Origin: Candidatus Marinacidobacterium sp.
GTDB taxonomy: Bacteria; Acidobacteriota; Vicinamibacteria; Marinacidobacterales; Marinacidobacteraceae
Assembly: GCA_965204755.1 (NCBI GenBank)
Contig: OZ242011.1
Location: 1,120,001 to 1,184,000 of the forward strand
DNA length: 64,000 nt
Direction of reading: 5' to 3'
Shown in pieces: positions 52,009 to 61,843 of this stretch; the first letter of the stretch is position 1; the number at the start of each line of letters is the position of its first letter. Both the position numbers and the translations under genes were made by a program. Under the pieces are notes generated by a model. That model saw only the letters and a program-made list of their open reading frames with translations, made no database searches and was not told where the DNA came from.

Positions 52009-53970
52009 ATGCGCCCGCTTCCGCTCGCTCCGCTCCTCGGTTTCGCCGCCGGCTTCCTGACCCTCGCCCCGTGCGCCTCGGCGGCGAGCGCTCCGCCGCA
52101 GGAGGTCGGCGAGCGGGTCGAGTGGCCCCACTGGGGCGGCGACCAAGGCTCGCAGCACTACTCGCCGCTCGCGCAGGTGCACCGGGGGAATGTGTCCCGG
52201 CTGCGTCCGGCGTGGGAATGGGACACCGCGGAAGTCCCGCTCGCCGGCCCCCGGCTCCCGGTCCCCGACAACCCGGTGCGCCCGGCCAGTTTCGAGAACA
52301 CGCCCATCGTCACCGGCGGCGTGATGTATGTGAGCACCTCCTACAACCGGGTGGCGGCGCTCGACCCGGACACCGGCGAAGTCCTCTGGATCTACGACCC
52401 CCGGATCACCGAGTGGGGGCAGGTGCCGAACGGAACCGGCTTCGTCCACCGGGGGGTCGCGCTGTGGGACGGCGGCGACGGCGCGCGGCGCGTTTTCCTG
52501 AACAGCCGGTGGCGGCTCATCTCCATAGACGCCGTAACCGGGGAGCCCGACCCCTCGTTCGGCCAGGGCGGCGAAATCGACCTGACCGCGCAACTGCTCT
52601 GGCCGATCAACCGCCTCCACTACACCCAGACCTCGCCGCCGGTGGTGTTCGAGGACCTGGTCATCCTGGGGAACGGGGTCTGGGACCGCTTCGTGTACGA
52701 GCGCGACCCGCCGGGGAATGTGCAGGCGTTCCACGCGCGCACCGGCGAGTTGGTCTGGTCGTTCAACCTGATTCCCCAACCGGGCGAGTTCGGCAACGAC
52801 ACCTGGGAAGACCGCAGTTGGGACCGGGTGGGTCACACCAATGTCTGGGCGCCGATGTCCCTCGACGAGGAGCGGGGGCTGCTCTACCTGCCGGTCGGCA
52901 CGCCGAGCAACGACTACTACGGCGGACACCGGTTGGGCGACAACCTCTTCGCCGAAGCGGTCGTCTGCCTCGACGCCCGCACCGGCGAGCGGGTGTGGCA
53001 CTTCCAGACCGTCCGCCACGGCCTCTGGGACTACGACCTGCCGGCGGCGCCGACGCTCCTCGACATCACGGTGGACGGCCGGGAGATCCCGGCGGTGGCC
53101 GCGCCGGCCAAGACCGGCTTCCTCTATGTCTTCGACCGGGTGACCGGCGAGCCGGTATGGCCCATCGAAGACCGCCCGGTCCCTGCGTCCGATGTCCCCG
53201 GCGAGCGCGCCGCCGAAACGCAGCCGTTCCCCACCCGCCCCCCGCCGTTCGCCAAACAGGGTTTCACCGAAGACGAGGTGATCGCGTTCACGCCGGAGTT
53301 GAAGGAGGAAGCGCTGGCGCGGGTCCGGCAGTATCGAACGGGCGGCCTCTACTCGCCGCCGTCGCTCGAAGGGACGATCGCCAACCCGGGAATCCTGGGC
53401 GGGGCGAACTGGGGCGGGGCGGCCGCCGACCCGGAGACCGGGATCGTCTATGTCAAGGCCAACGAGTTTCCGTCGCTCCTCGCCATCACGGAAGCGAACC
53501 CGGACGAGACCGAAGGGCGGTACTGGCTGGATCGGGACCGGCGGTCGCTGAACCTGCCGAACGGCCTGCCCGTCAACCGGCCGCCGTACGGGACGCTGAC
53601 CGCGATGGACCTGAACACCGGGGAGCAGGTGTTCCAGGTGCCCGCCGGCAACAACCCGCTGGTGCGGAACCACCCGGCGCTCGAGGGAGTGGACCTCGGC
53701 GAGGAGCGCCTCGGGGTCGTGGGGGCGCCGGGGCCGATGGTCACCGCCGGCGGGCTGGTCTTCTTCACCGGCGGCGCGGACCACCTGTTCGCCCTCGACA
53801 AGGCCACCGGCGAGGAACTCTGGGCGCATCCGCTGGGCGCGAGTTCCTACGCGAACCCGATGACCTACGAGTCGCCCGCCGGGGTGCAGTTCGTGGTCGT
53901 CGCGGTGGGCCGCGGCGAGGGGAATCGGCTGGTCGCGTTCGCGCTTTCGGAAGAGGAAGCCGGCGAGTAA
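52009..53970 (+). CDS. PQQ-dependent (glucose/quinate-type) dehydrogenase
   Basis: Signal peptide; HYSPLAQ, WHFQTVRHGLWDYD, GGANWGG, PPYG, ANPMTY. Confidence 0.92.
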   Translation: MRPLPLAPLLGFAAGFLTLAPCASAASAPPQEVGERVEWPHWGGDQGSQHYSPLAQVHRGNVSRLRPAWEWDTAEVPLAGPRLPVPDNPVRPASFENTPIVTGGVMYVSTSYNRVAALDPDTGEVLWIYDPRITEWGQVPNGTGFVHRGVALWDGGDGARRVFLNSRWRLISIDAVTGEPDPSFGQGGEIDLTAQLLWPINRLHYTQTSPPVVFEDLVILGNGVWDRFVYERDPPGNVQAFHARTGELVWSFNLIPQPGEFGNDTWEDRSWDRVGHTNVWAPMSLDEERGLLYLPVGTPSNDYYGGHRLGDNLFAEAVVCLDARTGERVWHFQTVRHGLWDYDLPAAPTLLDITVDGREIPAVAAPAKTGFLYVFDRVTGEPVWPIEDRPVPASDVPGERAAETQPFPTRPPPFAKQGFTEDEVIAFTPELKEEALARVRQYRTGGLYSPPSLEGTIANPGILGGANWGGAAADPETGIVYVKANEFPSLLAITEANPDETEGRYWLDRDRRSLNLPNGLPVNRPPYGTLTAMDLNTGEQVFQVPAGNNPLVRNHPALEGVDLGEERLGVVGAPGPMVTAGGLVFFTGGADHLFALDKATGEELWAHPLGASSYANPMTYESPAGVQFVVVAVGRGEGNRLVAFALSEEEAGE

Positions 53971-54045
53971 CCGGCGGATATCCTTAGCGGTTCCGCGCAG
54001 GCGGCGGGACGGAGGAACGCCGCCGCCCCCGGAGAGAGGATCGCC

Positions 54046-54573
54046 ATGCCCCCGCAGCCCCCGCTCTACGACCCGGAGGCCGTCCGGCCGATGTGGGAAG
54101 AACTCGCCGAGTGCGGCATCGCGCCGCTCCACGCGCCCGAAGCGGTGGACGAGTTGGTCGCCCGGCCGGGAACCGCGCTGATCGTGGTGAACTCGGTGTG
54201 CGGCTGCGCCGCCGGCTCGGCCCGGCCCGGCGTCACCCTGGCGCTCCAGCACGGACGGATCCCCGACCACTTGGGGACGGTGTTCGCCGGCGTGGACCGG
54301 GACGCCACCGACCGCGCGCGGGCGCACATGACCGATGTGCCGCCGTCTTCCCCGTCGGTGGCGCTGTTCTCGGGCGGCCGGCTGGCGCACATGCTGGAGC
54401 GCCGCCACATCGAGCGGATGGCCCCGGCCCAGGTCGCCGCCGCGCTCACCGCCGCCTTCGACGAGCACTGCACGCGCTCCGGCCCCTCGGTGCCGCGGGA
54501 GGTCTGGGAGAGGTCCTCCCGCGACCGGGTCTGCGGCTCGACGGTGCCGCTGTTCACGCCCGCCTTCTCCTAG
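54046..54573 (+). CDS. BrxA/BrxB family bacilliredoxin
   Basis: VNSVCGCAAGSARP, TVFAGVD, PPSSPSVALF, ERRHIE. Confidence 0.9.
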   Translation: MPPQPPLYDPEAVRPMWEELAECGIAPLHAPEAVDELVARPGTALIVVNSVCGCAAGSARPGVTLALQHGRIPDHLGTVFAGVDRDATDRARAHMTDVPPSSPSVALFSGGRLAHMLERRHIERMAPAQVAAALTAAFDEHCTRSGPSVPREVWERSSRDRVCGSTVPLFTPAFS

Positions 54574-54619
54574 TCCCGTCGCCGGTCCCGTCGCCGATCC
54601 CGCCGCCGACGGCCGGAGA

Positions 54620-55303
54620 GTGGCGCCACCCGGCGGGGCCGGCCCGGCCGGCGGGTTCTTCGTCTCGCTCGAGGGCGTGGACGGCGCCGGGAAGAGCACC
54701 CAGGCGCGGCGGCTGGCGGAGGAACTCCGCCGCAGCGGGCGCCGGGTGGCGCTCACGCGGGACCCCGGAGGCACCCGCGCCGGCCGGGCGATCCGCGACC
54801 TGCTGCTCGACCGGGACGAGCCGCTCGCGGCGGAGACGGAGATCGCGCTGTTCTTCGCCGACCGGGCGCAGAACCTGGCGGAAGTGATCCGCCCGGCGCT
54901 CGCCCGGGGAGAAGCGGTCGTCGGCGACCGGTTCACCGACTCCACGCTCGCCTACCAGGCGTACGGCCGGGGACTCGCCCCGGAGCGCATCCTGGCGGTG
55001 GATCGGGGGATCACCGGGGGGTTCCGCCCACACCTGACCTTGGTGCTCGACCTGCCGGCGGAGGCCGGTCTCGCGCGGCTGGAACGGCGCGTCCGCGGCG
55101 ATCACCCGGACTCCCCCGGACGCCCCGACCGGATCGAGCGGGAAGCGGCGGGGTTCCACGAGCGCGTCCGGCGGGGATTCCTCGCGCTCGCGGAGGAGCA
55201 GCCGGAACGGATCGTGGTCGTCCCCGCCGACCGGGCCGAAGACGAAGTGTTCGCGGCGGTCCACGGCGCGGTCAGGGAGCGGTTCGGCCGGTTCCCCCGA
55301 TGA
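54620..55303 (+). CDS. tmk: Thymidylate kinase
   Basis: LEGVDGAGKSTQ, TRDPGG, DRFTDSTLAYQ. Start approximate. Confidence 0.94.
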   Translation: MAPPGGAGPAGGFFVSLEGVDGAGKSTQARRLAEELRRSGRRVALTRDPGGTRAGRAIRDLLLDRDEPLAAETEIALFFADRAQNLAEVIRPALARGEAVVGDRFTDSTLAYQAYGRGLAPERILAVDRGITGGFRPHLTLVLDLPAEAGLARLERRVRGDHPDSPGRPDRIEREAAGFHERVRRGFLALAEEQPERIVVVPADRAEDEVFAAVHGAVRERFGRFPR

Positions 55304-56442
55304 CTTCCGACCCGCTCGCCGCGCCGCCGTTCCCGCGGCTCGCCGCCCTGGCGGAGGCCGGGCGGCTGTCGCCGAGCCTGCTGTTCAGCGGCCCGCCCGG
55401 GGCGCCCACCGTAGCGGCGGCGATCCGCTTGGCGGCGCAGGTGAACAGCCCCGACCGGCGGGCGGACTCGGCGGCCACCCGCCATCTCGAAGAGCGAATC
55501 CGGCAGGTGGATCCGGCCCGCCCGAAGCCGGAGGAGGCGGCGGCGAAGGCGCCGCGGAAGGGCCGGGGGGCTGTCGCCGGGGAAGTCGGCGCGGTGCACC
55601 CGTTCCTCGATGTGGTGATCGTGCGGCCGGACGGCGTCTCGACGCGGGTCGCGAACCTGAAGCAGGCCATCGCGGCGTCGCGGGCCCACCCGCTCGAAGG
55701 GCGGAAGCGGTTCCTCATCGTCGCCGAGGCGGACACCATGAACCCGGCCGCGGCCAACGCGCTGCTGAAAACCCTCGAAGAGCCCCACCCCTACCTGTCG
55801 GTCGTCCTCTGCGCCGGCGGCGAGGGCGGGCTCCTGCCGACGATCGTCTCCCGGTGCCAGCGGTGGCGCTTCCGTTCGCTGACCCTCGCCGAAACCGCCG
55901 CCCGGCTCCGGGAGGAGCACGGATACGCCGAGGAAGAGGCCGAAGCCGCCGCCTTCGCCGCCGGCGGGGACCCCGAGACCGCGCTCGCCCTGCCCCGCGA
56001 CCGGCTCCTCGGGCTCCGGGAGGACGCCGCCCGCATCGCCGCCGTGGCGGCGCGCGGCATCCGCCCCGCCGAACGCGCCGACCTGCTCTCCCGGCTGGCG
56101 GCGCCGGGCCCCCGCGCCGCCGGCGCCGCCGACGACCTCCGCGCGCTGCTCGCCCTCCTCCGGGCGGAACTACGCGACCTGGCCGCGGTCGCCGCCGGCG
56201 CCCCGCCGCTCGCCGTCGCGAGCGGCGACTCCGAGACCGGCAGCGGCGGGTCGCGAACACAAACCGCGGCGCTCGCGCCGCCGGGCGCCTTCGCCGAAGC
56301 GCTGCTCGAAGTGGAGGAGACGGACCGCCGCCTGACCGCCTTCTACGGGAACCGCCGCATGCAACTCGACGGGCTGCTGCTCGCCTTCAACGAGATCGCG
56401 CGTCCGCTGGTCGTCGCCCGCCGTCGGGGCGGCAGGATTTGA
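55300..56442 (+). CDS. holB: DNA polymerase III subunit delta-prime (divergent)
   Basis: AEADTMNPAAANALLKTLEEP, LLPTIVSRCQ; follows tmk. Confidence 0.85.
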   Translation: MTSDPLAAPPFPRLAALAEAGRLSPSLLFSGPPGAPTVAAAIRLAAQVNSPDRRADSAATRHLEERIRQVDPARPKPEEAAAKAPRKGRGAVAGEVGAVHPFLDVVIVRPDGVSTRVANLKQAIAASRAHPLEGRKRFLIVAEADTMNPAAANALLKTLEEPHPYLSVVLCAGGEGGLLPTIVSRCQRWRFRSLTLAETAARLREEHGYAEEEAEAAAFAAGGDPETALALPRDRLLGLREDAARIAAVAARGIRPAERADLLSRLAAPGPRAAGAADDLRALLALLRAELRDLAAVAAGAPPLAVASGDSETGSGGSRTQTAALAPPGAFAEALLEVEETDRRLTAFYGNRRMQLDGLLLAFNEIARPLVVARRRGGRI

Positions 56443-56497
56443 ACCTGCGACCCCCTGATCCCGAACCAGGTGCTCTGCCAGACTGAGCCACGCCCCG
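56424..56497 (-). tRNA. tRNA-Pro(CGG), CCA not encoded
   Basis: CGGGGCGTGGCTCAGTCTGG...CCTGG-TTCGGGA-TCAGG...GGTTCAAATCC...CCCCGA. Confidence 0.94.
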
Positions 56498-56592
56498 CGG
56501 CGAACCGGGGATTCTAGACGCCGCCTCCCGCGCCGGACGCGCCGCGGAACCGGGCGCCGCGGCCGGTTCCCCGGGGGCCGGGAACGCTTTCG

Positions 56593-56669
56593 TGGTCGGG
56601 ACGGCCGGATTTGAACCGACGACCACTTGCACCCCAAGCAAGTGCGCTACCAGACTGCGCCACGTCCCG
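56593..56669 (-). tRNA. tRNA-Pro(GGG)
   Basis: CGGGACGTGGCGCAGTCTGG...CTTGC-TTGGGGT-GCAAG...GGTTCAAATCC...CCCGACCA. Confidence 0.96.
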
Positions 56670-56702
56670 ATACGACTTCCGCCGGGCGGGGGCGGATTCT
56701 AG

Positions 56703-57317
56703 TCAGCGGCCTTCCGGGCCGAGCAGTTCCGCGAGCCGCCGGTCGTTCTCCTCCATGAGCGCGAGCACCCGCCGCGCGGCGTCCCGGCGGGCGGCGGCCG
56801 CAGCCGCCCCGTCGTCGCCGGCGGCAGGGGCCGGCGCCGGTTCCGGAGTCGACGGGGACTCCGCCGGGGCGGCTTCCGGGGCCGGCCCGGGGGTCGGCTG
56901 CTCGGCGGGAGCGGGCTCGGCCGGGGCGGCCTCGGGCGCGGCCGCGGCTTCGGGAGCGGCGGGCGGAGCCGCGGGCGGAACGGCCGGCGCGGCGGCGGGC
57001 CGGGCGGGAGCGGCCGGCTTCGGGGAGGCGGCGCCCCCTCTTCCCTTGGTCTTCGCCCGCTGGGAGAGCAGGCGGCGGGCGCCGGCGGTGGTGTAGCCCT
57101 CGAGGTGGAGGAGGCGCTGGATCTCCAGCACCATCTCGATCTCGGCGCGGCGGTAGAGCCGCTGCCCGGCGTCGTTCTTCTTGGGGTTGAGCGTGGGGAA
57201 CTCGCTCTCCCAGTGGCGGAGCGTGTAGGGCTGGACCCCGGTGATCTCGGTGACTTCCCCGATGCGGAAATAGAGTTTCCCGGGGATCTTGGGGCGGGAA
57301 GAGGCTTCGGGGGTCAA
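56703..57317 (-). CDS. MerR family transcriptional regulator with Pro/Ala-rich insert
   Basis: KLYFRIGEV...TLRHWESEFP...GQRLY...GYTTAGAR; typical merR-tRNA-Pro(GGG) linkage. Confidence 0.9.
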   Translation of the reverse strand: MTPEASSRPKIPGKLYFRIGEVTEITGVQPYTLRHWESEFPTLNPKKNDAGQRLYRRAEIEMVLEIQRLLHLEGYTTAGARRLLSQRAKTKGRGGAASPKPAAPARPAAAPAVPPAAPPAAPEAAAAPEAAPAEPAPAEQPTPGPAPEAAPAESPSTPEPAPAPAAGDDGAAAAAARRDAARRVLALMEENDRRLAELLGPEGR

Positions 57318-57395
57318 GGTGCGGGGAGCGCGGGGCGCCGAGGGCCGCCGTTCGCTCGCGGCGACGGGCCGCAGCCGTCGGGCGGGGAGCCCATT

Positions 57396-58895
57396 CTACG
57401 AGCCGGGTTCCGGGCCCGGATCGGGCCGACCGGGCGGGGCGCCCCCGGGCGGCGCGCCCCCGGGCGGCGCGGAACGGTTCCGCGACCCCGGCTTCCGGTA
57501 TTCGAGGGCGAGGCGGATCGGGATGCCGGCGAAGCCGTAGCGGCGGCGGAGCGCGCCCGCCAGGTATCGGGGGTACGACGGCAGCAGGTCGCGTTTCCGG
57601 CAACTCAGGAAGATGCGGAAACGGGGCGGCGCCGCGCCGGACTGGTAGCCGTAGAGGAGATTCACCCGGCGGCCGTCCCGCGAGCGGGGGGCGAAGCGCT
57701 CGGCGGTTTCGGCGAGGAAGCGGTTCAGTTCCGGGGTGGGGACGCGCTTCCTTTGCTCGGAGCGGACGCGCTCGGCGGACTTCCAGATGGCGGCGACGCC
57801 CTGGCCGCTCTTCGCGGAGATCCGGAGGAGCGGGGCGTCGGGGAGGTGCCGCAGGGTCTCGCCGGCGGCGCGGCGCAGTTCCGCCCAGCGGGCGGCGCGG
57901 CCGCGCACCAGGTCCCAGCGGTTGGCCAGCGCCACCACCCCGCAGCCGGCGTCGGCGGCGAGCCGGGCGATCGCGGCGTCGCGGGTGGTGAAGCCTTCGA
58001 CCGCGTCGGCGACCAGCAGGCAGATCTCGGCGCGGGCCATCGCCTTCTCCGCCAGCAGCACCGCGACCGCGTCCGCCTCCGCGACGCCGCTCCCGGAACG
58101 CCCGCCCGGTCGGCGGCGCCGACGGATCCCCGCGGTGTCCACGAGCAGGACCTCCCGTCCGTTCACGGTGATGAGTTCGTCCACCGGGTCGCGGGTGGTT
58201 CCGGCGACGGGGGAGACGAGGGCGCGCTCGTACCCGGCGACGCGGTTGAGCAGCGTGGACTTCCCCACATTCGCCCGGCCGACGATGGCGATGCGGAGCG
58301 GGCCTTCGGCGGCTTCCTCTTCGTCCGTGGCGTCCGCCTCATCCGTTGCGTCTGCCTCGTCCGCCTCGACCCCGCCGGCGCTCCCGACCGCTTCCGGATC
58401 GAGTTCCAGCGCCTCGAGCAGGCGGTCGAGCAGGTCGGCGACCCCCTGGCCGTGCTCCGCCGAAACCGCAAGCGGCTCTCCGAAGCCGAGCCGGTGGAAC
58501 TCCGCGGCGCCGGACTCGTGGAGCCCTTCCGCCTTGTTCGCGACCACGAGCACCGGCGGCCGGGCCGGTTCCCGGCGGAGGGCGTCGGCGAGTTCCTCGT
58601 CGGCGGCGGTGAGGCCGGCGCGGGCGTCGGTGAGGAACAGCACGGCGTCGCTCCGCCGCGCCGCGGCTTCGGCGAGCGCGCGGACCTCCCGGGCGAACGG
58701 CGCCGCGTCCGGCGGGCCGGCGCCGCCGGTGTCGTGGAGCCGGAAGTCCAGCCCCCGCCAGGTCACGGGCTCCACCCGTCCGTCCCGGGTGGAGCCGGGC
58801 CGGGCGTGCACGATGGCCGGGCGGCCGCCGACGATCCGGTTGAACAGCGTGGACTTGCCCACATTGGGGCGCCCGAACAGGGTGGCCAGTTTCAC
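57396..58895 (-). CDS. der: Ribosome biogenesis GTPase Der (EngA)
   Basis: Two GTPase domains (GRPNVGKST, GRANVGKST, DTAG) and a KH-like C-terminus. Confidence 0.95.
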   Translation of the reverse strand: MKLATLFGRPNVGKSTLFNRIVGGRPAIVHARPGSTRDGRVEPVTWRGLDFRLHDTGGAGPPDAAPFAREVRALAEAAARRSDAVLFLTDARAGLTAADEELADALRREPARPPVLVVANKAEGLHESGAAEFHRLGFGEPLAVSAEHGQGVADLLDRLLEALELDPEAVGSAGGVEADEADATDEADATDEEEAAEGPLRIAIVGRANVGKSTLLNRVAGYERALVSPVAGTTRDPVDELITVNGREVLLVDTAGIRRRRRPGGRSGSGVAEADAVAVLLAEKAMARAEICLLVADAVEGFTTRDAAIARLAADAGCGVVALANRWDLVRGRAARWAELRRAAGETLRHLPDAPLLRISAKSGQGVAAIWKSAERVRSEQRKRVPTPELNRFLAETAERFAPRSRDGRRVNLLYGYQSGAAPPRFRIFLSCRKRDLLPSYPRYLAGALRRRYGFAGIPIRLALEYRKPGSRNRSAPPGGAPPGGAPPGRPDPGPEPGS

Positions 58896-58997
58896 GACGA
58901 AGAGGCGGCCGGCCGATCTCGCCCCGACCCCCCGGCTACCGAAGCGCGGGCCGACTGCGGCCCGACCCGGCGTGGCGGACGCCCCGGGACAGCGGGA

Positions 58998-59267
58998 TCA
59001 GTCCGACTCGAAACAGTCGCGCCCCGGCCGGAACCGCACCACCCGCCCCGGGGGGATGGGAACCGGCTCGCCGGTGCGCGGGTTGCGCGCCATGCCGACG
59101 CGCCGGGGCCGGACCGAGAACGAGCCGAAGCCGCGCACCACGGTGCGCTCGCCCCGCCGGAGCGCGCCGGCGAGCGCGTCGAAGACGCCCTCCACCGCGG
59201 CGCGGGCTTCGCGCCGGGAGAGGCCGGTCTCCGCGACCGCCCGTTCGATGAGATCGGCCTTGACCAT
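58998..59267 (-). CDS. HU/IHF family DNA-binding protein
   Basis: MVKADLIE...GFGSFSVR...ARNPRTGE...FRPG. Confidence 0.93.
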   Translation of the reverse strand: MVKADLIERAVAETGLSRREARAAVEGVFDALAGALRRGERTVVRGFGSFSVRPRRVGMARNPRTGEPVPIPPGRVVRFRPGRDCFESD

Positions 59268-59281
59268 TCCGGCGGCGAATT

Positions 59282-61423
59282 CTACCGAGCGGGCGTCCGA
59301 CCCCCGCCCGGGAGCGCGGCCGGCGGCGTGGCGACCGCCGCCCCCTCGTCGCCGCGACGGTAACGGCTGAACCAGTCCAGCAGGAACAACTGCGTACGGA
59401 CGAAGTTGGAAGGCTGCGAACTCGTGCCGTGGTACTCGTCGTGGAAGCGGACCATCTCGGTGTCCACCCCGAGCGCCTTCAGCGCCTGGAAGTACTCCTC
59501 GGTCTGGCTCATCGGCGTCCGCAGGTCGAGTTCGCCGGTCATGAGCAGCGTCGGGGTGGTCACCTTGCCCACATGCATGAGCGGGGAATGGGCCAGGTAC
59601 TTCTCCGCGTTGTCCCAGGGATACCCCTCGTACCGGCTGTAGCCCCAGCGCACGATGTCCGCGGTGCCGGCGAAACTCATCCAATTCACCACCGGGCAGC
59701 GGACCGAGGCGGCGGCGAAGCGGTTCGTCTGCCCGATGACCCACGAACTGAGCACGCCGCCCCCGCTGCAGCCGGTCACATACATCCGGCTCTCGTCCAC
59801 CGAGCCCCGGGCGATCGCGGCGTCCACGCCGGCCATCAGGTCGTCGTAGTCCACGCTGGGATACCCGTTGTCTATGGCGTTCCCGAAATCGGTGCCGTAG
59901 CCGGTGCTCCCCCGGGGATTCGTGTAGAGGAGCAGGTAGTCGTTCGCCGCCAGGTTCTGGAACGAGTTGTTGAAGCCGACCGAATACATGGCGTGCGGGC
60001 CGCCGTGGATGTGGAGGATCAGCGGGTATTCCCGCGAGGGGTCGAAACCCGGCGGCTCGATCAACCAACCCTGCGCCCGGGCGCCGCCGCTCGACTCGTA
60101 CCAGAGTTCCTCCACCTCGCCGAGTTCGATCCCGGCGAGCGCGTCGTCGTTCACCGCGGTGACCCGCGTGACCCGGCTCGGGTCGTCGAGCGGGAACACC
60201 ACCACATCGGGAGGCTCGTGGAAGGAAGTCCGGATCGCCGCCGCGACCCCGGTGTCGGAAACGGTGTTCACCGACAGGAGGTGCGTTCCTTCGGTGACCG
60301 GACTCGTCTCCCCGGAGAGGGAAGCCGAATGGAGGTTCCGCGAGCCCCGGTCGTCGGCGGTGAAGTAGATGCGGTCGCCGGACGGCGCCCAGATCGGGTT
60401 CACGGCGTCGCGGTCGAGGTCCGAGGAGAGCGGACGATGCCCGGAACCGTCGAAGCCGATCACCTGGAGGTCGCTCACCCGGTAGGTCTGCTCGGTCCAG
60501 TCGTACCCCCGGAAGGCGATCTGCGTCCCGTCGGGCGAAACCACCGGCCCGGCCCACGGGCCGTGCTCCGTCGTGATCTGACGGACTTCGCCGGTGTCGA
60601 GGCTGACGAAGTGGAGGTGCGACTCGCGGTAGCGGAGGTCGGCGTCGTCCGCCAGCGAGGCGTCGAAGACCAAGCCGCTGCCGTCCGGCATCCAGGAGAC
60701 GCCGGCGCCGTAGTCGAGGCCGACCGCGCCGCGAGAGCCCACATGCCACTCGCCCTCGGTGAGTTGCCGGGACGCCCCGCCGTCGGCCGGGACGACGAAC
60801 AGGTGGCGGAAACCTTCGACCAGGAAGCCCACCCGGTCCTGGCGGAAGTGCATCCGCCGCACGATGCGCGGCGCCTTCGTCCACTCCGCTCCTTCCGGCG
60901 GCGCGGGAAGCGAAGGCAGCGCCCAGGTCTCGGGCGCCGGGACGACGCGGGTGAAGGCGATCAGGCCGCTGTCGGGCGACCAACGGATGTCCCGCGGCGG
61001 ATGCGCCTCGCGGGTGACTTGCGAGACCGCGCCCTCGGCGTCCATCCAGCGGACGAAGACCTGCGGGTCGCCGTCGTCGTCTGCATCGAGGAAGGCGATC
61101 CGGGTTCCGTCGGGCGACCAGACCGGCGCCGAGCCGGAAGTGAGGAAGCGGTTACGCCCGCCGTCGGCGTCCACGATCCAGAGGTCGGAGACCCAGCGGT
61201 CCTTCTTCCGGTCCACGCGGCTCCGGGTGTAGATGACCGAGGCGCCGTCCGGCGAGATCGCCGGGCCGGAAACCCGCTCCCAGTCGAAGATGTGGGAGGC
61301 GGTGAGCCGTCCGGGGCCGGCGGTTTCCTGCGCCGAAACGGAGACGGCGACCAGCAGCGCGGCGGCCGCCGGCAGGAACCGGGCGTTCGGCGGGCGGAGA
61401 AGGAAACGGGTGTGCGTTCTCAT
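59282..61423 (-). CDS. S9 family (prolyl oligopeptidase/acylaminoacyl) peptidase
   Basis: Signal peptide, WSPDG propeller repeats, IHGGP, NPRGSTGYG, GCSGGG, GELDLR, EYHG. Confidence 0.94.
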   Translation of the reverse strand: MRTHTRFLLRPPNARFLPAAAALLVAVSVSAQETAGPGRLTASHIFDWERVSGPAISPDGASVIYTRSRVDRKKDRWVSDLWIVDADGGRNRFLTSGSAPVWSPDGTRIAFLDADDDGDPQVFVRWMDAEGAVSQVTREAHPPRDIRWSPDSGLIAFTRVVPAPETWALPSLPAPPEGAEWTKAPRIVRRMHFRQDRVGFLVEGFRHLFVVPADGGASRQLTEGEWHVGSRGAVGLDYGAGVSWMPDGSGLVFDASLADDADLRYRESHLHFVSLDTGEVRQITTEHGPWAGPVVSPDGTQIAFRGYDWTEQTYRVSDLQVIGFDGSGHRPLSSDLDRDAVNPIWAPSGDRIYFTADDRGSRNLHSASLSGETSPVTEGTHLLSVNTVSDTGVAAAIRTSFHEPPDVVVFPLDDPSRVTRVTAVNDDALAGIELGEVEELWYESSGGARAQGWLIEPPGFDPSREYPLILHIHGGPHAMYSVGFNNSFQNLAANDYLLLYTNPRGSTGYGTDFGNAIDNGYPSVDYDDLMAGVDAAIARGSVDESRMYVTGCSGGGVLSSWVIGQTNRFAAASVRCPVVNWMSFAGTADIVRWGYSRYEGYPWDNAEKYLAHSPLMHVGKVTTPTLLMTGELDLRTPMSQTEEYFQALKALGVDTEMVRFHDEYHGTSSQPSNFVRTQLFLLDWFSRYRRGDEGAAVATPPAALPGGGRTPAR

Positions 61424-61484
61424 GGGTCTGTCCAGGGAATGCGGCCGAAGCCGGAAAGGAGACCGGAGCCGCGCGGCGCGGCAG

Positions 61485-61838
61485 TCAGTCGAAGACCGAC
61501 TCGTACATGTCGGCGCCGTACCCGATCAGCAGGCGCGAGCCCACGCGGAGGGCCGGGGCGCGCAGTTTGCCGGAGCGGCCGAGCAGCAGGCCGAGCACTT
61601 CTTCTTCGTCGGGGCGCTCGCCGGCCGAGAGGTCGAAGCGGAGCGTCTTCTTCCCCCGGGCGACGAGCAACTCGGTCACGCCGTCGAGCAGCGAGAGGGC
61701 GTCCTTGCCCTCGACGGGATCCCGTCCGGCGCTCTGGACGGTCTCCCCGGAAATCCCGCGGGACGCAAGAAACTCCTGCGTTCTACGGCAGCCGGTTCAA
61801 CCGGGGCGGTGGTACCGCCAACTCACGGACTGCGCCAC
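61485..61838 (-). CDS. ArsC/thioredoxin-fold selenoprotein (UxxC; in-frame UGA at 61797-61799)
   Basis: MAQSVSWRYHRPG-U-TGCRRTQEFL...LLGRSGKLRAPALRVG. SECIS-like hairpin at 61763-61781. Confidence 0.82.
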
Positions 61839-61843
61839 GACTC

